Program-made: the position numbers and the translations under genes
Assembly: GCA_965228735.1 (NCBI GenBank)
Contig: OZ245838.1
Span: forward strand, 3,904,001 to 3,968,000
DNA from: Planctomycetota bacterium
GTDB lineage: Bacteria > Planctomycetota > UBA1135 > UBA2386
Length of the DNA stretch: 64,000 bases
Reading direction: 5' to 3'
Shown here: positions 9,766 to 21,267 of the stretch, one piece after another
Numbering within the stretch: the stretch's first letter is position 1
Layout: the number at the start of each line of letters is the position of its first letter
The notes under the pieces: generated by a model
The model's database searches: none
What the model saw: the letters and a program-made list of their open reading frames with translations, nothing else
What the model was told of the DNA's origin: nothing

Positions 9766-11865
9766 TCAGTCGCCGAGCGCGATCGTGAGACGACCAGTGA
9801 GCGACAGGCCGAGCACGGGACCGCCGTCGAGCACCGCCGACTGGACGAGGATACGGACACCGCGAAGTGTGGGGTCGAACGGCACCGGCATCGGAACGTC
9901 GAGCTGGCCGAACGAGTTCGTGGGCGCGAACAACGAGGTGGCCGGCACGAGCAGCTGATCGCACCCGGGTGTCAGCGTGACCTGCGTCGGCATGAAACCG
10001 TAGATCACGAACGCGGGCTGGCTGGCGGCGCCTTCCACGTGAACGGCCGGAGTGCCGCCGAGCGTCGCGCGGCCGAACAGCCGCAGGTCCGGTGCGCTGC
10101 CGCAGGTCTGCGGAGTCAGGCTCGCGGCCGCCGCTGCGGCAGTCAGGATGCGGGTGTCATACGTCGTGCGCAGCACGAGCTGACCCCGAAGCGGGGCGTG
10201 GATCACGCGCGCTTGCGGGGGCAGAGCGGTCGGCGCGAGGGTCGGGCTCCAATCGACGCCATCCCAGTGCCAGACGGCACCGCTGGTGACGAGCGCGACC
10301 TGCCCGGCCGTGGCGTCGAACGTCGCCTGGTAGTCACCCGGAACCGGCCCGTGCGCCGGGAAGTGTCGCAACCAGTTGATCCCGTCCCACTCCCACGTCT
10401 CGTCAGTGGACTGCGCGAGGATACGACCGCCGAACATGACGGCCCGCTGCCGGATCGGATCCCACGCCATCGCGTGGTCGACCCGACCGACGGGCACCGT
10501 CGCGGGCTGCAGCAACGTCCACTGCACGCCGTCGAACCGCCACGTGTCGTTCAGTCCGCCCCCGCCGAAGAGCAGGACGTCCGCACCCGTGCCGACCATC
10601 GCATGGCCACTGCGTGGCGCCGGCGACGTCGCGGTCACGACCTGCGTCCACGACTGCCCATCCCAGCGCCAGGTATCGCCGAACGAGGTCTCCGGGAACG
10701 TCGATCGGTCCGCCCCCCCGAACAGGACGAGGTCACCGCCGAGCGGCGCGAACGCCGCGTCGCCGCGCGCTGCCGGCCGCGGCCCCGTCGTGACCGCACG
10801 CTGCCAACCCCCGACCGGATCACGCCAGCGCCACGTGTCACCGGACGGCGGCGTCGCGGCCAGCACCGCCTCGCCGCGCGGCGCGTGATAGGCAAACGTC
10901 GGATCCTGCGGCACCTCGGGGTTCCACACCCCGTCCGGCGTCGGGTCGGCGAGGAGCGCGGTCCAACCGCCGCCGGCCCCACGCCGCCAGACGCTCGCGC
11001 GCCCGGTCACGAGCAGCAGGGCGCTCCCGTCGTCACAGCCGAACGCGATGTTCTGCTCGGGCAGCCCCGTCCGCGGCAGCCAGTCCGTTCCGTCCCATTC
11101 GAAGCAGTCGTCAACCAGCTGCCGGGCCAGACCGGTCCCGCCGAGAATGACGACGCGCTGAGCCACTGGATCGAACGCGAGGCGCGTGCGCCGCTTCGCC
11201 GGCACGGTGGACGGCGCCATCTGGCTCCACTGCACGCCGTCCCACTCCCAGGTGTCGTCGAGGAACGCCACACCGTCCGAGCCACCGAACAGGACGACCC
11301 GATTGCGAGCCCGATCGAGGACCATGCCCGCGCCAGAGCGCTTACGCGGCCGCACGGCCGGCGTGAGCTCCGACCACTGACTGCCGTTCCAGCGATGCAT
11401 CGAGTCGAGGGGCTGGAACCCGATCCCGGAGCCGCCGAACACGAGCAGACCGCCGCCGTTCGGGTCCCGAGCTGGCTGGGCGAAACGCGCATACGGCGAC
11501 TGGTTGGGTACGGCCAGCGACCAACCGGCGCCCGACCGGGTCCACGTCCGCGACCAGAACGTGTTGACGCCTTCGCCCGTGACCACGAGGCCGCCGCCGG
11601 TTGCCGGGTCGTTGCCGACGAACAACACCGCGCCGTGTGCCACGGCGCCGAGCCCGGGTTCGATGAGCTGCCAGCGTTGCCCGTCGAAGGCCCAGCAGTC
11701 GACCTCGAAATCACTCACGGCGACGAGTCGATCGGCGGCTGCATCCCAGAAGACATCGGCGATGCGCGGCGGGAGGTCTCGCTCAGGAGCCCAGACCATC
11801 GGAGCCTGAGCGACGAGCGAGCCGGGAAGGACCGCGGCGAACGAGAGCAGGAACGTGCGAACCAT
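9766..11865 (-). CDS. Secreted Kelch-repeat beta-propeller protein with C-terminal beta domain
   Basis: Signal peptide; repeated LFGG...DTWEWDG..W....P..R..HAM units. Confidence 0.85.
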   Translation of the reverse strand: MVRTFLLSFAAVLPGSLVAQAPMVWAPERDLPPRIADVFWDAAADRLVAVSDFEVDCWAFDGQRWQLIEPGLGAVAHGAVLFVGNDPATGGGLVVTGEGVNTFWSRTWTRSGAGWSLAVPNQSPYARFAQPARDPNGGGLLVFGGSGIGFQPLDSMHRWNGSQWSELTPAVRPRKRSGAGMVLDRARNRVVLFGGSDGVAFLDDTWEWDGVQWSQMAPSTVPAKRRTRLAFDPVAQRVVILGGTGLARQLVDDCFEWDGTDWLPRTGLPEQNIAFGCDDGSALLLVTGRASVWRRGAGGGWTALLADPTPDGVWNPEVPQDPTFAYHAPRGEAVLAATPPSGDTWRWRDPVGGWQRAVTTGPRPAARGDAAFAPLGGDLVLFGGADRSTFPETSFGDTWRWDGQSWTQVVTATSPAPRSGHAMVGTGADVLLFGGGGLNDTWRFDGVQWTLLQPATVPVGRVDHAMAWDPIRQRAVMFGGRILAQSTDETWEWDGINWLRHFPAHGPVPGDYQATFDATAGQVALVTSGAVWHWDGVDWSPTLAPTALPPQARVIHAPLRGQLVLRTTYDTRILTAAAAAASLTPQTCGSAPDLRLFGRATLGGTPAVHVEGAASQPAFVIYGFMPTQVTLTPGCDQLLVPATSLFAPTNSFGQLDVPMPVPFDPTLRGVRILVQSAVLDGGPVLGLSLTGRLTIALGD

Positions 11866-12078
11866 GCGAGCCACCTGAGAGGCGTTGCGTCACCGAATAG
11901 ATCCCCACCGCGGTGCGGCGGGACGACGTTTCGTCCGCGTAACACCAACCGCGTGACCGGAGAGCGGAACCGCGGCAAACGCATGCGCCACGGCCCGATC
12001 GACGGTCCTGCACGCGGTGTACCAACGCCGCGGGATTCCCGGTCGCGATCGGTCCCGCCCGGTCGATCCGGGCAGCGC

Positions 12079-13281
<1,203 letters not shown>

Positions 13282-13533
13282 TCTTCGTTCTTGTCCGATA
13301 CGGCGTGAACCATGGTCGGGTGCACGCATGAATATTGGGCGCGTGGGCAGGCTGCCGCGCAGCGGCTCACGCAGTTCAGCGCGGGACGGACGCGTATCGT
13401 CGGGTCCGGACTGGCGCTGGCCGATGTTGCGCCGACCGACACTTGCGGTCGCCGCTGGAGAGTGCATCGGCATCGACCCGTCTCGCCTTGAGACCGGCCA
13501 CCCACGTTCGGCGCGGGCTCTCCGTTCGCGGAA

Positions 13534-13562
13534 AGTATAGGGTCCCGGCCCCAAATCGCCAA
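13534..13562 (-). promoter_or_regulatory. Sigma70-type promoter for the helicase
   Basis: Minus strand TTGGCG-N17-TATACT, about 250 nt upstream of the GTG. Confidence 0.6.
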
Positions 13563-13628
13563 GAGAACCGCAATTGCCGTCGCCGGCCGGCCGCTGCGAC
13601 GGGCTCCTGGGGCCAAGAACCCATCCGT

Positions 13629-13659
13629 TTGGCGGTACCGAACCCGCTTCGAATCCGCC
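13629..13659 (+). repeat. REP-like element, solo copy
   Basis: TTGGCGGTACCGAACCCGCTTCGAATCCGCC, identical to 9648-9678. Confidence 0.85.
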
Positions 13660-13673
13660 GCCCGGCGTGGCGC

Positions 13674-14246
13674 CTACAGCTCGAGATCGAGGTGGATGCC
13701 GGGCCGGAACTGCGCGAGCAGCAGCTGCAGGAACGACTCGGTGTCGCCCGTGCCCTCGCCGTCGCCGTCCTCGTCATCGCCGTCGCCGAAGAGCGCGTCG
13801 TCGAGACTGCTCGGGCCGTCCCCGCCGAGCAACGCCGCGGCCTGCGCCCCAGCCCCCAGAGTGGCAGCCCCTAGAGGCGCCGCGCCGAGCGTCGCCGCGC
13901 CGGTCTGGTTGAGCGGCACGAACGCCGCGTTGGCCGCCGTCTCGAGCACCGCGGGATCGAAGCCGTGCTCCGTCAGCGCCGCTTCGAGCGCCGCCCGCGC
14001 CACCGCGGCCCGATCCGCCCCGGCCGGGGCATCGCGCAGCGCGTCGCGCACCGCGGCATGCAGCTGCTCGCGGATGTCGAACAGGCTCTGACCCTGCGCG
14101 TTCGTCAGGGTGCCGAGCGCGTTGCCGCCACCGGCCGCCCGCTCGGCCGCAGCCGCCGCGCTGCCACCCGGCGCACCGACGGTGTGAACCTGACCGTTCG
14201 CCGGCGCGTGCGACGGCGAGTTGGAGAGGACCTGGATCTCGCTCAT
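13674..14246 (-). CDS. Hypothetical protein (low complexity, acidic tract)
   Basis: GC3-biased ORF MSEIQV...GAATL repeats...DGDDEDGDGEG...ESFLQLLLAQFRPGIHLDLEL. Confidence 0.55.
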   Translation of the reverse strand: MSEIQVLSNSPSHAPANGQVHTVGAPGGSAAAAAERAAGGGNALGTLTNAQGQSLFDIREQLHAAVRDALRDAPAGADRAAVARAALEAALTEHGFDPAVLETAANAAFVPLNQTGAATLGAAPLGAATLGAGAQAAALLGGDGPSSLDDALFGDGDDEDGDGEGTGDTESFLQLLLAQFRPGIHLDLEL

Positions 14247-14427
14247 GCCGATCCCGTCGCAACCGCGGTGCCAGGTCCGGCGGCCGCTCGGAGCGCGACC
14301 TGCGAGCCACCGACTGCACGCATCGGCAACTCCTGCCGACGGCTGCGGCATCCCGTGCCGCGGACCGGCCGATTCTGCCGCCGATGCCGAGCTGCGTCGT
14401 GAGCGGAGCGGGCTAACGTGCCCTGCG

Positions 14428-14892
14428 ATGACCGCCGCCCTCCTCGAGACCTGGCGGGTCCACAATCGTGCGACCTGGCTCATGTTCGACGCCCTCCCGA
14501 GCAAGGCGTTCGGCGATCGCTACACCGACCGCACGCGCACGGTGGCCGCGCAGTTCGCGCACATCCACAACGTTCGCGTGTCCCATCTGCAGCGCCGGGG
14601 GCCGCAGCACCTCGGTGACCTGGAGGCGTTCGAGCGCGGCGCCGAGCCCGGCAAGGCGGCGCTGAAGAAAGCGCTGAAGGCCTCCGAACGCGCGGTCGCG
14701 AACCTGCTCGCCGAGTGCGAGACGACGGGCAAGGTGAGGTCGTGGCAGAACTCGGTGACGACCTACCTCGGCTACTTCATCGCGCACGAGGCGCACCACC
14801 GCGCGCTCATCATGGTGTGTCTGCGGTTCTCCGGCACGAAGGCGCCCGACGCCGCGAAGTACGGCATCTGGGACACGTGGCGCAAGAAGTGA
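14428..14892 (+). CDS. DinB family protein
   Basis: RTVAAQFAHIHNVR and YFIAHEAHHR metal-ligand motifs. Confidence 0.85.
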   Translation: MTAALLETWRVHNRATWLMFDALPSKAFGDRYTDRTRTVAAQFAHIHNVRVSHLQRRGPQHLGDLEAFERGAEPGKAALKKALKASERAVANLLAECETTGKVRSWQNSVTTYLGYFIAHEAHHRALIMVCLRFSGTKAPDAAKYGIWDTWRKK

Positions 14893-14913
14893 GCAGCCGC
14901 GACGCGCCGGCGC

Positions 14914-16368
14914 TCAGACGCCGAGCCGCCGCGACAGATCCGTCTGCATCAGGTTGTCCGGATCGACGCGCTGCTTGAGCGCGCGGAACTGCCGCACCGC
15001 ATCCGCGCCGTGCACCTTCTCGAACGACGAGCTCAGGAGCACCGCGTCCTTGGCGTAGTAGAACCGCCCGCCGGCCTCGAGCACGACCTCGGCGAGCTCC
15101 TGACACAGCCGCCACAATGCGTCGCGCCGGCTCTTGCTCCTGCTGACCGCGAAGTCCATCGCGAGCGAGTAGCCGTCGACCGCGTGCGTCATGAGGAACG
15201 GGTCGGGGCGGTGGCGCTTCAGCACGCCGAGGTACGGCACGAAGCCAGTCTGCTGACACCGCTCGATGAGGCGACGCAGCACGCGCGACGCTTCCTTGGC
15301 CGGCACGAACGGCTGGAACTGGATCAGCCCGCCGGGCTTGGTCATCCAGTGCCAGCGCGGCACGTAGTCGAGCAGGAAGTGGAACGCGCCGTGCGACTGC
15401 AGGTAGGGCGAGCCGCGCTGCTCGCGGAAGCCCGCGAGGAACTTCAGCCAGTTCACGAGCCAGACCTGCCGCGCCTGCACCGCGCACCACATGCCGGGCC
15501 AGAGCCAACCCTTGGGCACCAGCCCAAACAGTTTCATCGGCACGTCCTGCAGCAAGGGATCGAGGTAGCGCAACCCTTCGGGATCCTCGCCCGGCTTGAG
15601 TTGGTCCGCGCGGTGCAGCAGCCCGCGCCCGAGCCCGGCACCCTTGCCGTGCAGGTCGAGCCACGAGACGAGATAGTCGGCCTTGCCCCGCGCCTCCTCG
15701 ATCATCTCGATGTTGTGGTCGAGGTCGCGCGCGACGAGCCCCCAGACGCGCAGCCGACCGCTGTGCACGCGCTTGGTCTCGATCTCGAGCTTCGTGAAGC
15801 AACCGAGCATCCCGAAGCCGCTGATCGCCGCGTGGAAGAGCTCGGGATCCGACTCCCGCGTGACCGTCACCTGTTCGCCAGCCGGCGTGAGCAGATCGAA
15901 CGACCGCACGCACTCGCCGAACGAACCGAGCGCGTAGTTGTTCTTGCCGTGGATGTTCATCGCCGCCGCGCCGCCCATCGACACGGCCATCGTTCCGCTC
16001 ACGACCTTGGGCCAGAACGAGAAGCCGATCGACCGACGCCAGAGATCGCGCACGGTCACGCCCGGCTCACACTGCGCGACGCCGGTCTCGGGGTCGAACG
16101 CGAGGATCCGGTTCATCGCGGTGAGGTCGAGCACGCGCCCCTGCACCGCGGTCGACGCGTCGCCGTAGCTGCAGCCCGCGCCGCGCAGCGCGATCGGCGT
16201 GCCGTCCTTCTTCGCGACCGCGAAGACGTCGGCGATCTGCTCGGCGGTCGTCGGCCGCAGCACGCTGGCCTTGCCGCCCATCGCCATGCCGAACCCGCGC
16301 ACGTCCTCCTGCTGCCACGGCAGCGAGTCGGCGCGATCCGAGGTCGGGTCGGTCGAGAGACTGGTCAC
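14914..16368 (-). CDS. FAD-binding oxidoreductase, DprE1-like
   Basis: RGAGCSYGD, SGT..VSMGGAAAMNIHGKN, FHFLLD, IQFQ, YLGVLK, GYSLAMDF, GGRFYYAKD, SRRLG. Confidence 0.8.
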   Translation of the reverse strand: MTSLSTDPTSDRADSLPWQQEDVRGFGMAMGGKASVLRPTTAEQIADVFAVAKKDGTPIALRGAGCSYGDASTAVQGRVLDLTAMNRILAFDPETGVAQCEPGVTVRDLWRRSIGFSFWPKVVSGTMAVSMGGAAAMNIHGKNNYALGSFGECVRSFDLLTPAGEQVTVTRESDPELFHAAISGFGMLGCFTKLEIETKRVHSGRLRVWGLVARDLDHNIEMIEEARGKADYLVSWLDLHGKGAGLGRGLLHRADQLKPGEDPEGLRYLDPLLQDVPMKLFGLVPKGWLWPGMWCAVQARQVWLVNWLKFLAGFREQRGSPYLQSHGAFHFLLDYVPRWHWMTKPGGLIQFQPFVPAKEASRVLRRLIERCQQTGFVPYLGVLKRHRPDPFLMTHAVDGYSLAMDFAVSRSKSRRDALWRLCQELAEVVLEAGGRFYYAKDAVLLSSSFEKVHGADAVRQFRALKQRVDPDNLMQTDLSRRLGV

Positions 16369-16370
16369 GG

Positions 16371-17117
16371 TCAGATCGAGAGCTTGCGGAACACGAACGA
16401 CGGGATGTTGCGGATCACGAACATGACGAACCGCCACTTGCCCGGCACGTATGCGATCGGCTGCTTGCGGTCCCGCGCCTTGAGGATGAGTTCGGCCGCC
16501 TTGTCCGCCGAGATCGCGCCCTTCAGCTCGAGCCCCGCTGTCATCGGCGTCTCGACGAACCCCGGGCGGATCGTCGTGACGTAGACGCCGTGCCGCCAGA
16601 GTCGGTTGCGCAGCGCCTCGAGGTAGGTGTCCATGCCGGCCTTGCTCGCATTGTATACCGGTCGCCCGACGCGGCCGCGGTCCTGCGCGACCGAACTGAT
16701 GCCGACGAGGTGACCGGCCTTGCGCTGCAGGAAGCGCCGGGCCATCGCGTTCATGAACGCGATGCAGCCGAGCATGTTGACCTCGACCTGCTGGCGATCC
16801 TTCTGGAAGTCGAACTCGTCGATCGCGACCTCGGGCATCACGCCCGCCGCGTAGTGCACTTCGTCGACGGTGCCGAGCTCGTTCTCGATGCGGTCGATCA
16901 GCGCGTCCGCCGCGTCGTAGTCCGTCGCATCGTGCGGATACGCGAACGCCGCCTCGCGGCCGAGCACGTCGTTGATCGCGGCCGCCTGCGCCCGCAGCTC
17001 GGGCTCGCGCCGCGCCAGCATCGCGACCTTGCGGCCGCTCAGCGCGAGGCGGCGCGCGAGCGCGGTGCCCATGCCCGAAGAGCTGCCGACGATGATGCAG
17101 GTGCCGCTGGTGGCCAT
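16371..17117 (-). CDS. SDR oxidoreductase, DprE2-like
   Basis: GSSSGMG, SSVAQDRGR, YNASK, RPGFVETPMT, FVIRNIPSFVFRKL. Confidence 0.8.
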   Translation of the reverse strand: MATSGTCIIVGSSSGMGTALARRLALSGRKVAMLARREPELRAQAAAINDVLGREAAFAYPHDATDYDAADALIDRIENELGTVDEVHYAAGVMPEVAIDEFDFQKDRQQVEVNMLGCIAFMNAMARRFLQRKAGHLVGISSVAQDRGRVGRPVYNASKAGMDTYLEALRNRLWRHGVYVTTIRPGFVETPMTAGLELKGAISADKAAELILKARDRKQPIAYVPGKWRFVMFVIRNIPSFVFRKLSI

Positions 17118-17219
17118 GAGCGAGAGAGCAGACCCGGGCGGAAGGGGAATGCAACCCGGGTCCCGACCTGGTCCGGCTGGCCGCTTGTTCCCGGCCGGAG
17201 AACGGTCGATGATGCCGCC

Positions 17220-18350
17220 ATGACGGCTCGGTCAGGCTTTCGGTCCCGCTCGCCGGCGCGGCGCGCCAGCGGCATCGCGTCGACCATCGCGGTCGTGGTG
17301 CTCTCCGCATCGCCCGTGATGACGCAGGAGCCGGCGGCCCCCACGCCTGCCGCACCCGCACCGGCCAAACCCAAGGGGCAGCCGCAACGGATCGATCGGG
17401 TGATCGCGACCGTCAACGACGCGGCGATCATGGAGAGCACGCTGCGGGCGGCGATCGCCGGCCGGCGCAACGCCATGGAGGCGCAGCTGCAACGGCAGCT
17501 GCTACCGCAGGAGGAGCGCGCGCTCATCGGCTTCGCGCTCAACAAGGAGCTCGAGCGGCACCAGCTCGCCCAGTCCGCGAAGACGCTCGGCATTCTGCCG
17601 CCCGAACGGGTCGAGGCCCTGCTGCAGGACGAGATCCAACGCGGCGTCGCCGAACGCGTCCGCGACGTGGGGTCGTGGCAGCAGTTCACCGACGAGCTGC
17701 AGCGCACGGGCTCCTGGCGCAGCTACATGCGCCGCGAGCGGGTCCAGACCCTGTCGAACTTCGCGCGCCAGATCGCCGTCGGCCTGCGGATGCAGAAGCA
17801 GGACAACCTGTTCCTGACGCCCAAGATGATGCGCGACGTCTGGCGCCGCCAGACGACCGGCGAGTTCGCGGGCAACAATCGGTTCGTCAGCCCGGCTTCC
17901 GCGGTGATCGAGCTCGTCCACTTCGCTGGTGAGGACGCCGAGAAGCTCGCCAACGCTGCTCGTAAGCTCTGGACCGAAAAGGACATGGGCGCCAAGGACC
18001 TGCTCGCGGCGCTGCCCGGGGCGACCCCGTCCAACAGCTCCGCGATCGAGGCCCTCACGGTCACCCCGGCAGCGCGCGAGGACCTCGCGGCGCCCGAGAT
18101 CGCCGACTTCGCCCTGGCCGGCCCCGAGGGCGCGGTGAGCGCGCCGATCCCGGTGGCGGACGGCACCCGGATGGTCGTCCGGATCCGGTTCTACACCGCG
18201 GCGCGAAACGCCGAGTTCAGCGATCCGGAAGTGCAGCGGCAGCTGCGGATCATCTGCATGAACGCGATCGAGGAAGGCTTCATCCGCCAGGCTCTCGCGC
18301 GCGCCCAGACCCGAACGCAAATCTGGCTATCGCCTGAACTTAGGCGCTAG
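17220..18350 (+). CDS. SurA N-terminal / parvulin-like periplasmic chaperone
   Basis: Signal-like N-terminus, IDRVIATVND, late GAVSAPI parvulin-like segment. Confidence 0.6.
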   Translation: MTARSGFRSRSPARRASGIASTIAVVVLSASPVMTQEPAAPTPAAPAPAKPKGQPQRIDRVIATVNDAAIMESTLRAAIAGRRNAMEAQLQRQLLPQEERALIGFALNKELERHQLAQSAKTLGILPPERVEALLQDEIQRGVAERVRDVGSWQQFTDELQRTGSWRSYMRRERVQTLSNFARQIAVGLRMQKQDNLFLTPKMMRDVWRRQTTGEFAGNNRFVSPASAVIELVHFAGEDAEKLANAARKLWTEKDMGAKDLLAALPGATPSNSSAIEALTVTPAAREDLAAPEIADFALAGPEGAVSAPIPVADGTRMVVRIRFYTAARNAEFSDPEVQRQLRIICMNAIEEGFIRQALARAQTRTQIWLSPELRR

Positions 18351-18589
18351 TGCCACGAACTGACCGGAGCCCCGGAGCGAGGGCGCGGCCGCCGACCCGG
18401 AAACCTCGGGGAGAACCCGCGGTCCCGGTTGCCTGAACCCACCGGGTTCGCTCTACTCTTTCGCCCCCTCTCCTGAACCTGCCCGCAGGTTCCACCGTTG
18501 TTCGCGGTGCGGTCCCGTCTGTCTTCCGGGGCCCTGATCCAAGCTCGCGCGAACCCAACTTTCGCGACCCAATTCGCCAGGACGTCCCA

Positions 18590-20110
18590 ATGTCGCAGGT
18601 CGACCCAACCAAGATCCACGTCGAGTCCAACCAGGTTCCCATCTGGGAGTCCGAGGTCACGTTCCAGGACATGATGGCTGAGCAGCTGCGCCACGCTCCG
18701 TGGCTGGCCCTCAGCGCGATTCTCCACGCCATCCTCTTCGCGATCCTCTACGCCGTCATCCCGGCGGACAAGAAGGAGGAGCCGAAGAAGAAGGCCGAGA
18801 TGATCCAGAAGATCGAGGAGGACGTCGTCGAGCCGCCGCCCCCGCCGCCGCCGGAGACGCAGCCGGAGGAGACGGTCGACGAGATCGAGCTCACGGAGCA
18901 GGTCATCACCGAGACCGAGAACGTCGAGACGATCAGCGAGGTCAACCAGAAGGAGTCGGCGTTCGACAGCAACCAGTGGAACTCGGCCGTCGGTCTCGGC
19001 GGCGGTGCTGGTGGCAAGTACGGCGGCCGCGGCGGCAAGGGTGGCAAGAAGGGCGGCGGCAAGGCCTACGCCGAAGCCATCGACGCCGGCCTGCGCTGGC
19101 TCAAGAACCACCAGGACGAGGACGGCAAGTGGGACTGCGATCAGTTCATGAAGCACGACCTCGAGGGTGAGATCTGCGACGGTGCCGGCAACGCCGTGCA
19201 CGACGTGGGCGTCACCGGCCTCGCGCTGCTCGCCTTCCTCGGCGACAACAACACGATGCGCGCCGGCCCCTACAAGCAGGTCGTCAAGGACGGCGTGAAG
19301 TGGCTGCGCAGCCAGCAGCAGGAGAACGGGCTGTTCGGCACCAACACGTCGCACGACTTCATCTACGACCACGCGATCGCGTCGTACGCGATGTGCGAGG
19401 CGTTCGGCCTGAGCAACTACACGCTGCTCAAGAGCACGGCGCAGAAGAGCATCAACTACCTCGAGTCGCACCGGAACCCGTACTCGGTCTGGCGCTACCA
19501 GCCGCGCGACAACGACAACGACACGTCGGTCACGGGCTGGGGCATCATGGCCTACAAGTCGGGCGAGTACTTCGGCCTGACGGTCAGCAAGACCGCGCTC
19601 GAACTCTGCGCGACGTGGATGGACCAGGTCTCCGACCCGTCGGGCCGTCACGGCTACAGCAAGCAGGGCGAGCAGTCCTCGCGCAAGCCGGGCGACCACA
19701 AGGTGCGCTTCCCGGTCGACGAAGGCGAGTCGATGACCGCCGTCGGTCTGTTCTGCCGCTTCTTCATGGGCCAGGACCCGAAGGAGAAGCCGATCATGAA
19801 GAAGGCCGCCGACCTGATTCTCAGCAAGCCCCCGGTGTGGGACGAGAAGAAGGGCTCGATCGACCACTACTACTGGTACTACGGCACCTACGCCCTCTTC
19901 CAGATGGGCGGCCGCCACTGGACCACGTGGCAGAAGGAGCTCAACAAGGCGGTCGTGAAGACGCAGGAGCGCGACAAGACCAAGAAGAACCTCTACGGCT
20001 CCTGGGACCCGATCGGTGCCTGGGGTGAGGACGGCGGCCGCGTCTACAGCACGGCGATCCTCACGCTGACGCTGGAGGCGTTCTACCGCTACACGAAGCT
20101 GATTCGCTGA
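18590..20110 (+). CDS. Prenyltransferase/squalene-oxidase repeat protein with TonB-like N-terminus (paralog 1)
   Basis: TM SAILH, PPPPPP linker, GLRWLKNHQDEDGKW, TGLALLAFLG, WRY, DTSVTGW, YYWYY, GSWDP, GGRVYSTA. Confidence 0.85.
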   Translation: MSQVDPTKIHVESNQVPIWESEVTFQDMMAEQLRHAPWLALSAILHAILFAILYAVIPADKKEEPKKKAEMIQKIEEDVVEPPPPPPPETQPEETVDEIELTEQVITETENVETISEVNQKESAFDSNQWNSAVGLGGGAGGKYGGRGGKGGKKGGGKAYAEAIDAGLRWLKNHQDEDGKWDCDQFMKHDLEGEICDGAGNAVHDVGVTGLALLAFLGDNNTMRAGPYKQVVKDGVKWLRSQQQENGLFGTNTSHDFIYDHAIASYAMCEAFGLSNYTLLKSTAQKSINYLESHRNPYSVWRYQPRDNDNDTSVTGWGIMAYKSGEYFGLTVSKTALELCATWMDQVSDPSGRHGYSKQGEQSSRKPGDHKVRFPVDEGESMTAVGLFCRFFMGQDPKEKPIMKKAADLILSKPPVWDEKKGSIDHYYWYYGTYALFQMGGRHWTTWQKELNKAVVKTQERDKTKKNLYGSWDPIGAWGEDGGRVYSTAILTLTLEAFYRYTKLIR

Positions 20111-20264
20111 TCAGCTTGCTGCTCTTTTGACGGCGCATAGGAGCCCACTCGGGCGCGGGAAGAGGGTTGGCGCGACGCCGTCGGGAGGCGGCTTCGCCGT
20201 CTCGGGGCGGAGAAACGGCTTCGCCTCCTTTCGCTGGGTCGGCGCGCCGCGGAGCGGGAGCTCG

Positions 20265-20308
20265 GGATCCTGCGTACGGTACCCGGATCCTGCGTACGGT
20301 ACCCGGTT
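20265..20308. repeat. 20-bp tandem repeat containing the REP-like core
   Basis: GGATCCTGCGTACGGTACCC x2 between convergent genes. Confidence 0.8.
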
Positions 20309-20345
20309 CGTGGTGCCGGGCTGGGCGGCGCTTGGTGCCTCTCGT

Positions 20346-21239
20346 TCAGGTCCGCGTCATCGGACTCAGCGCGGCGGGGCCGTTCAGTAACGGCTGTCCG
20401 CGCACCATGAGGATGTCTTCGTTGGGGTGTGGGTGCGGTCTGAAGTCGGCTTCGAAGCGGTCCGGGGTGAACCAGGTTTCGAGCGCTTGGATCGGTTGGT
20501 CGCTGTGGCTGGTCATCGCGGCGAGGATTCGTGGCAGCGGTGGCGGGGTTTCGGCGACGACGTCGTAGAGCCGCAGGACGCCGTCTTCGACCTCGCCCAC
20601 GAGCACGGCCTGGTCCTCCGGCAGTGCGATGAGCAGTGATTCGGACGGGGTAGCCGTCGCTTCGAGCCAGAGCGCGAGGTCGATGTAGAAGTGCCAGCCG
20701 GGGTCCGCTGCCGAAAGCTGCGCCGAGACGGGCTGGCGTCGCTCGAGGGCGGATTGCAGCAGGTCCAGATCTGCTGGTTGATCGAGCGCAAGCGCGTGCG
20801 TGGCGACGCTCTCGTCCGCCGTCTCCACCGCTGCAGCTGGGAGCCGAAACACCGACTCGGGCTCCGGCTCGAAGCCGAACCGGCGGTAGAAGTCGACCTT
20901 CTCCGACCAGAGGATGACGCGCTCGCAGCTCGCGACGTCGACGTCGCGCAACGCGCGCTCGATCGCGCGGCGCGCGTGACCGGCACCGCGATGCGACTCG
21001 CGCACGCAGATGCCGTGCAGCGCCGCGACGCGCCGCACCTTGCCGTCGATCGCGAACCGACAGTCGATGCGCCCGACGTGGGCGATCGGCAGCTCGCCGT
21101 CGAACTCGAGGTAGGGCGTCGACACGTCGAACCAGTGCCCGCCCCACCTCGCCGCGCGTTCGATGCCGCGGGGCACGAACGGCCACACGGTGCCGAGCAG
21201 CTCCATGACGTGACGCCGGATTGTCGCGCGATCCTGCAC
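20346..21239 (-). CDS. GNAT family N-acetyltransferase
   Basis: IAHVG, ICVRESHRGAGHAR (motif A), FYRRFGF; start uncertain. Confidence 0.8.
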   Translation of the reverse strand: MQDRATIRRHVMELLGTVWPFVPRGIERAARWGGHWFDVSTPYLEFDGELPIAHVGRIDCRFAIDGKVRRVAALHGICVRESHRGAGHARRAIERALRDVDVASCERVILWSEKVDFYRRFGFEPEPESVFRLPAAAVETADESVATHALALDQPADLDLLQSALERRQPVSAQLSAADPGWHFYIDLALWLEATATPSESLLIALPEDQAVLVGEVEDGVLRLYDVVAETPPPLPRILAAMTSHSDQPIQALETWFTPDRFEADFRPHPHPNEDILMVRGQPLLNGPAALSPMTRT

Positions 21240-21267
21240 GGCGACAGTAGACCCCAGCCAACGCGGT

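Noticed and set aside
14347..14373. GGCATCC-N16-CGAT upstream of dinB, and TGAGTCC-N16-CGAA (44430-44456, -) upstream of the 44022-44420 gene
   Set aside because: Each deviates from the consensus; kept only as weak candidates
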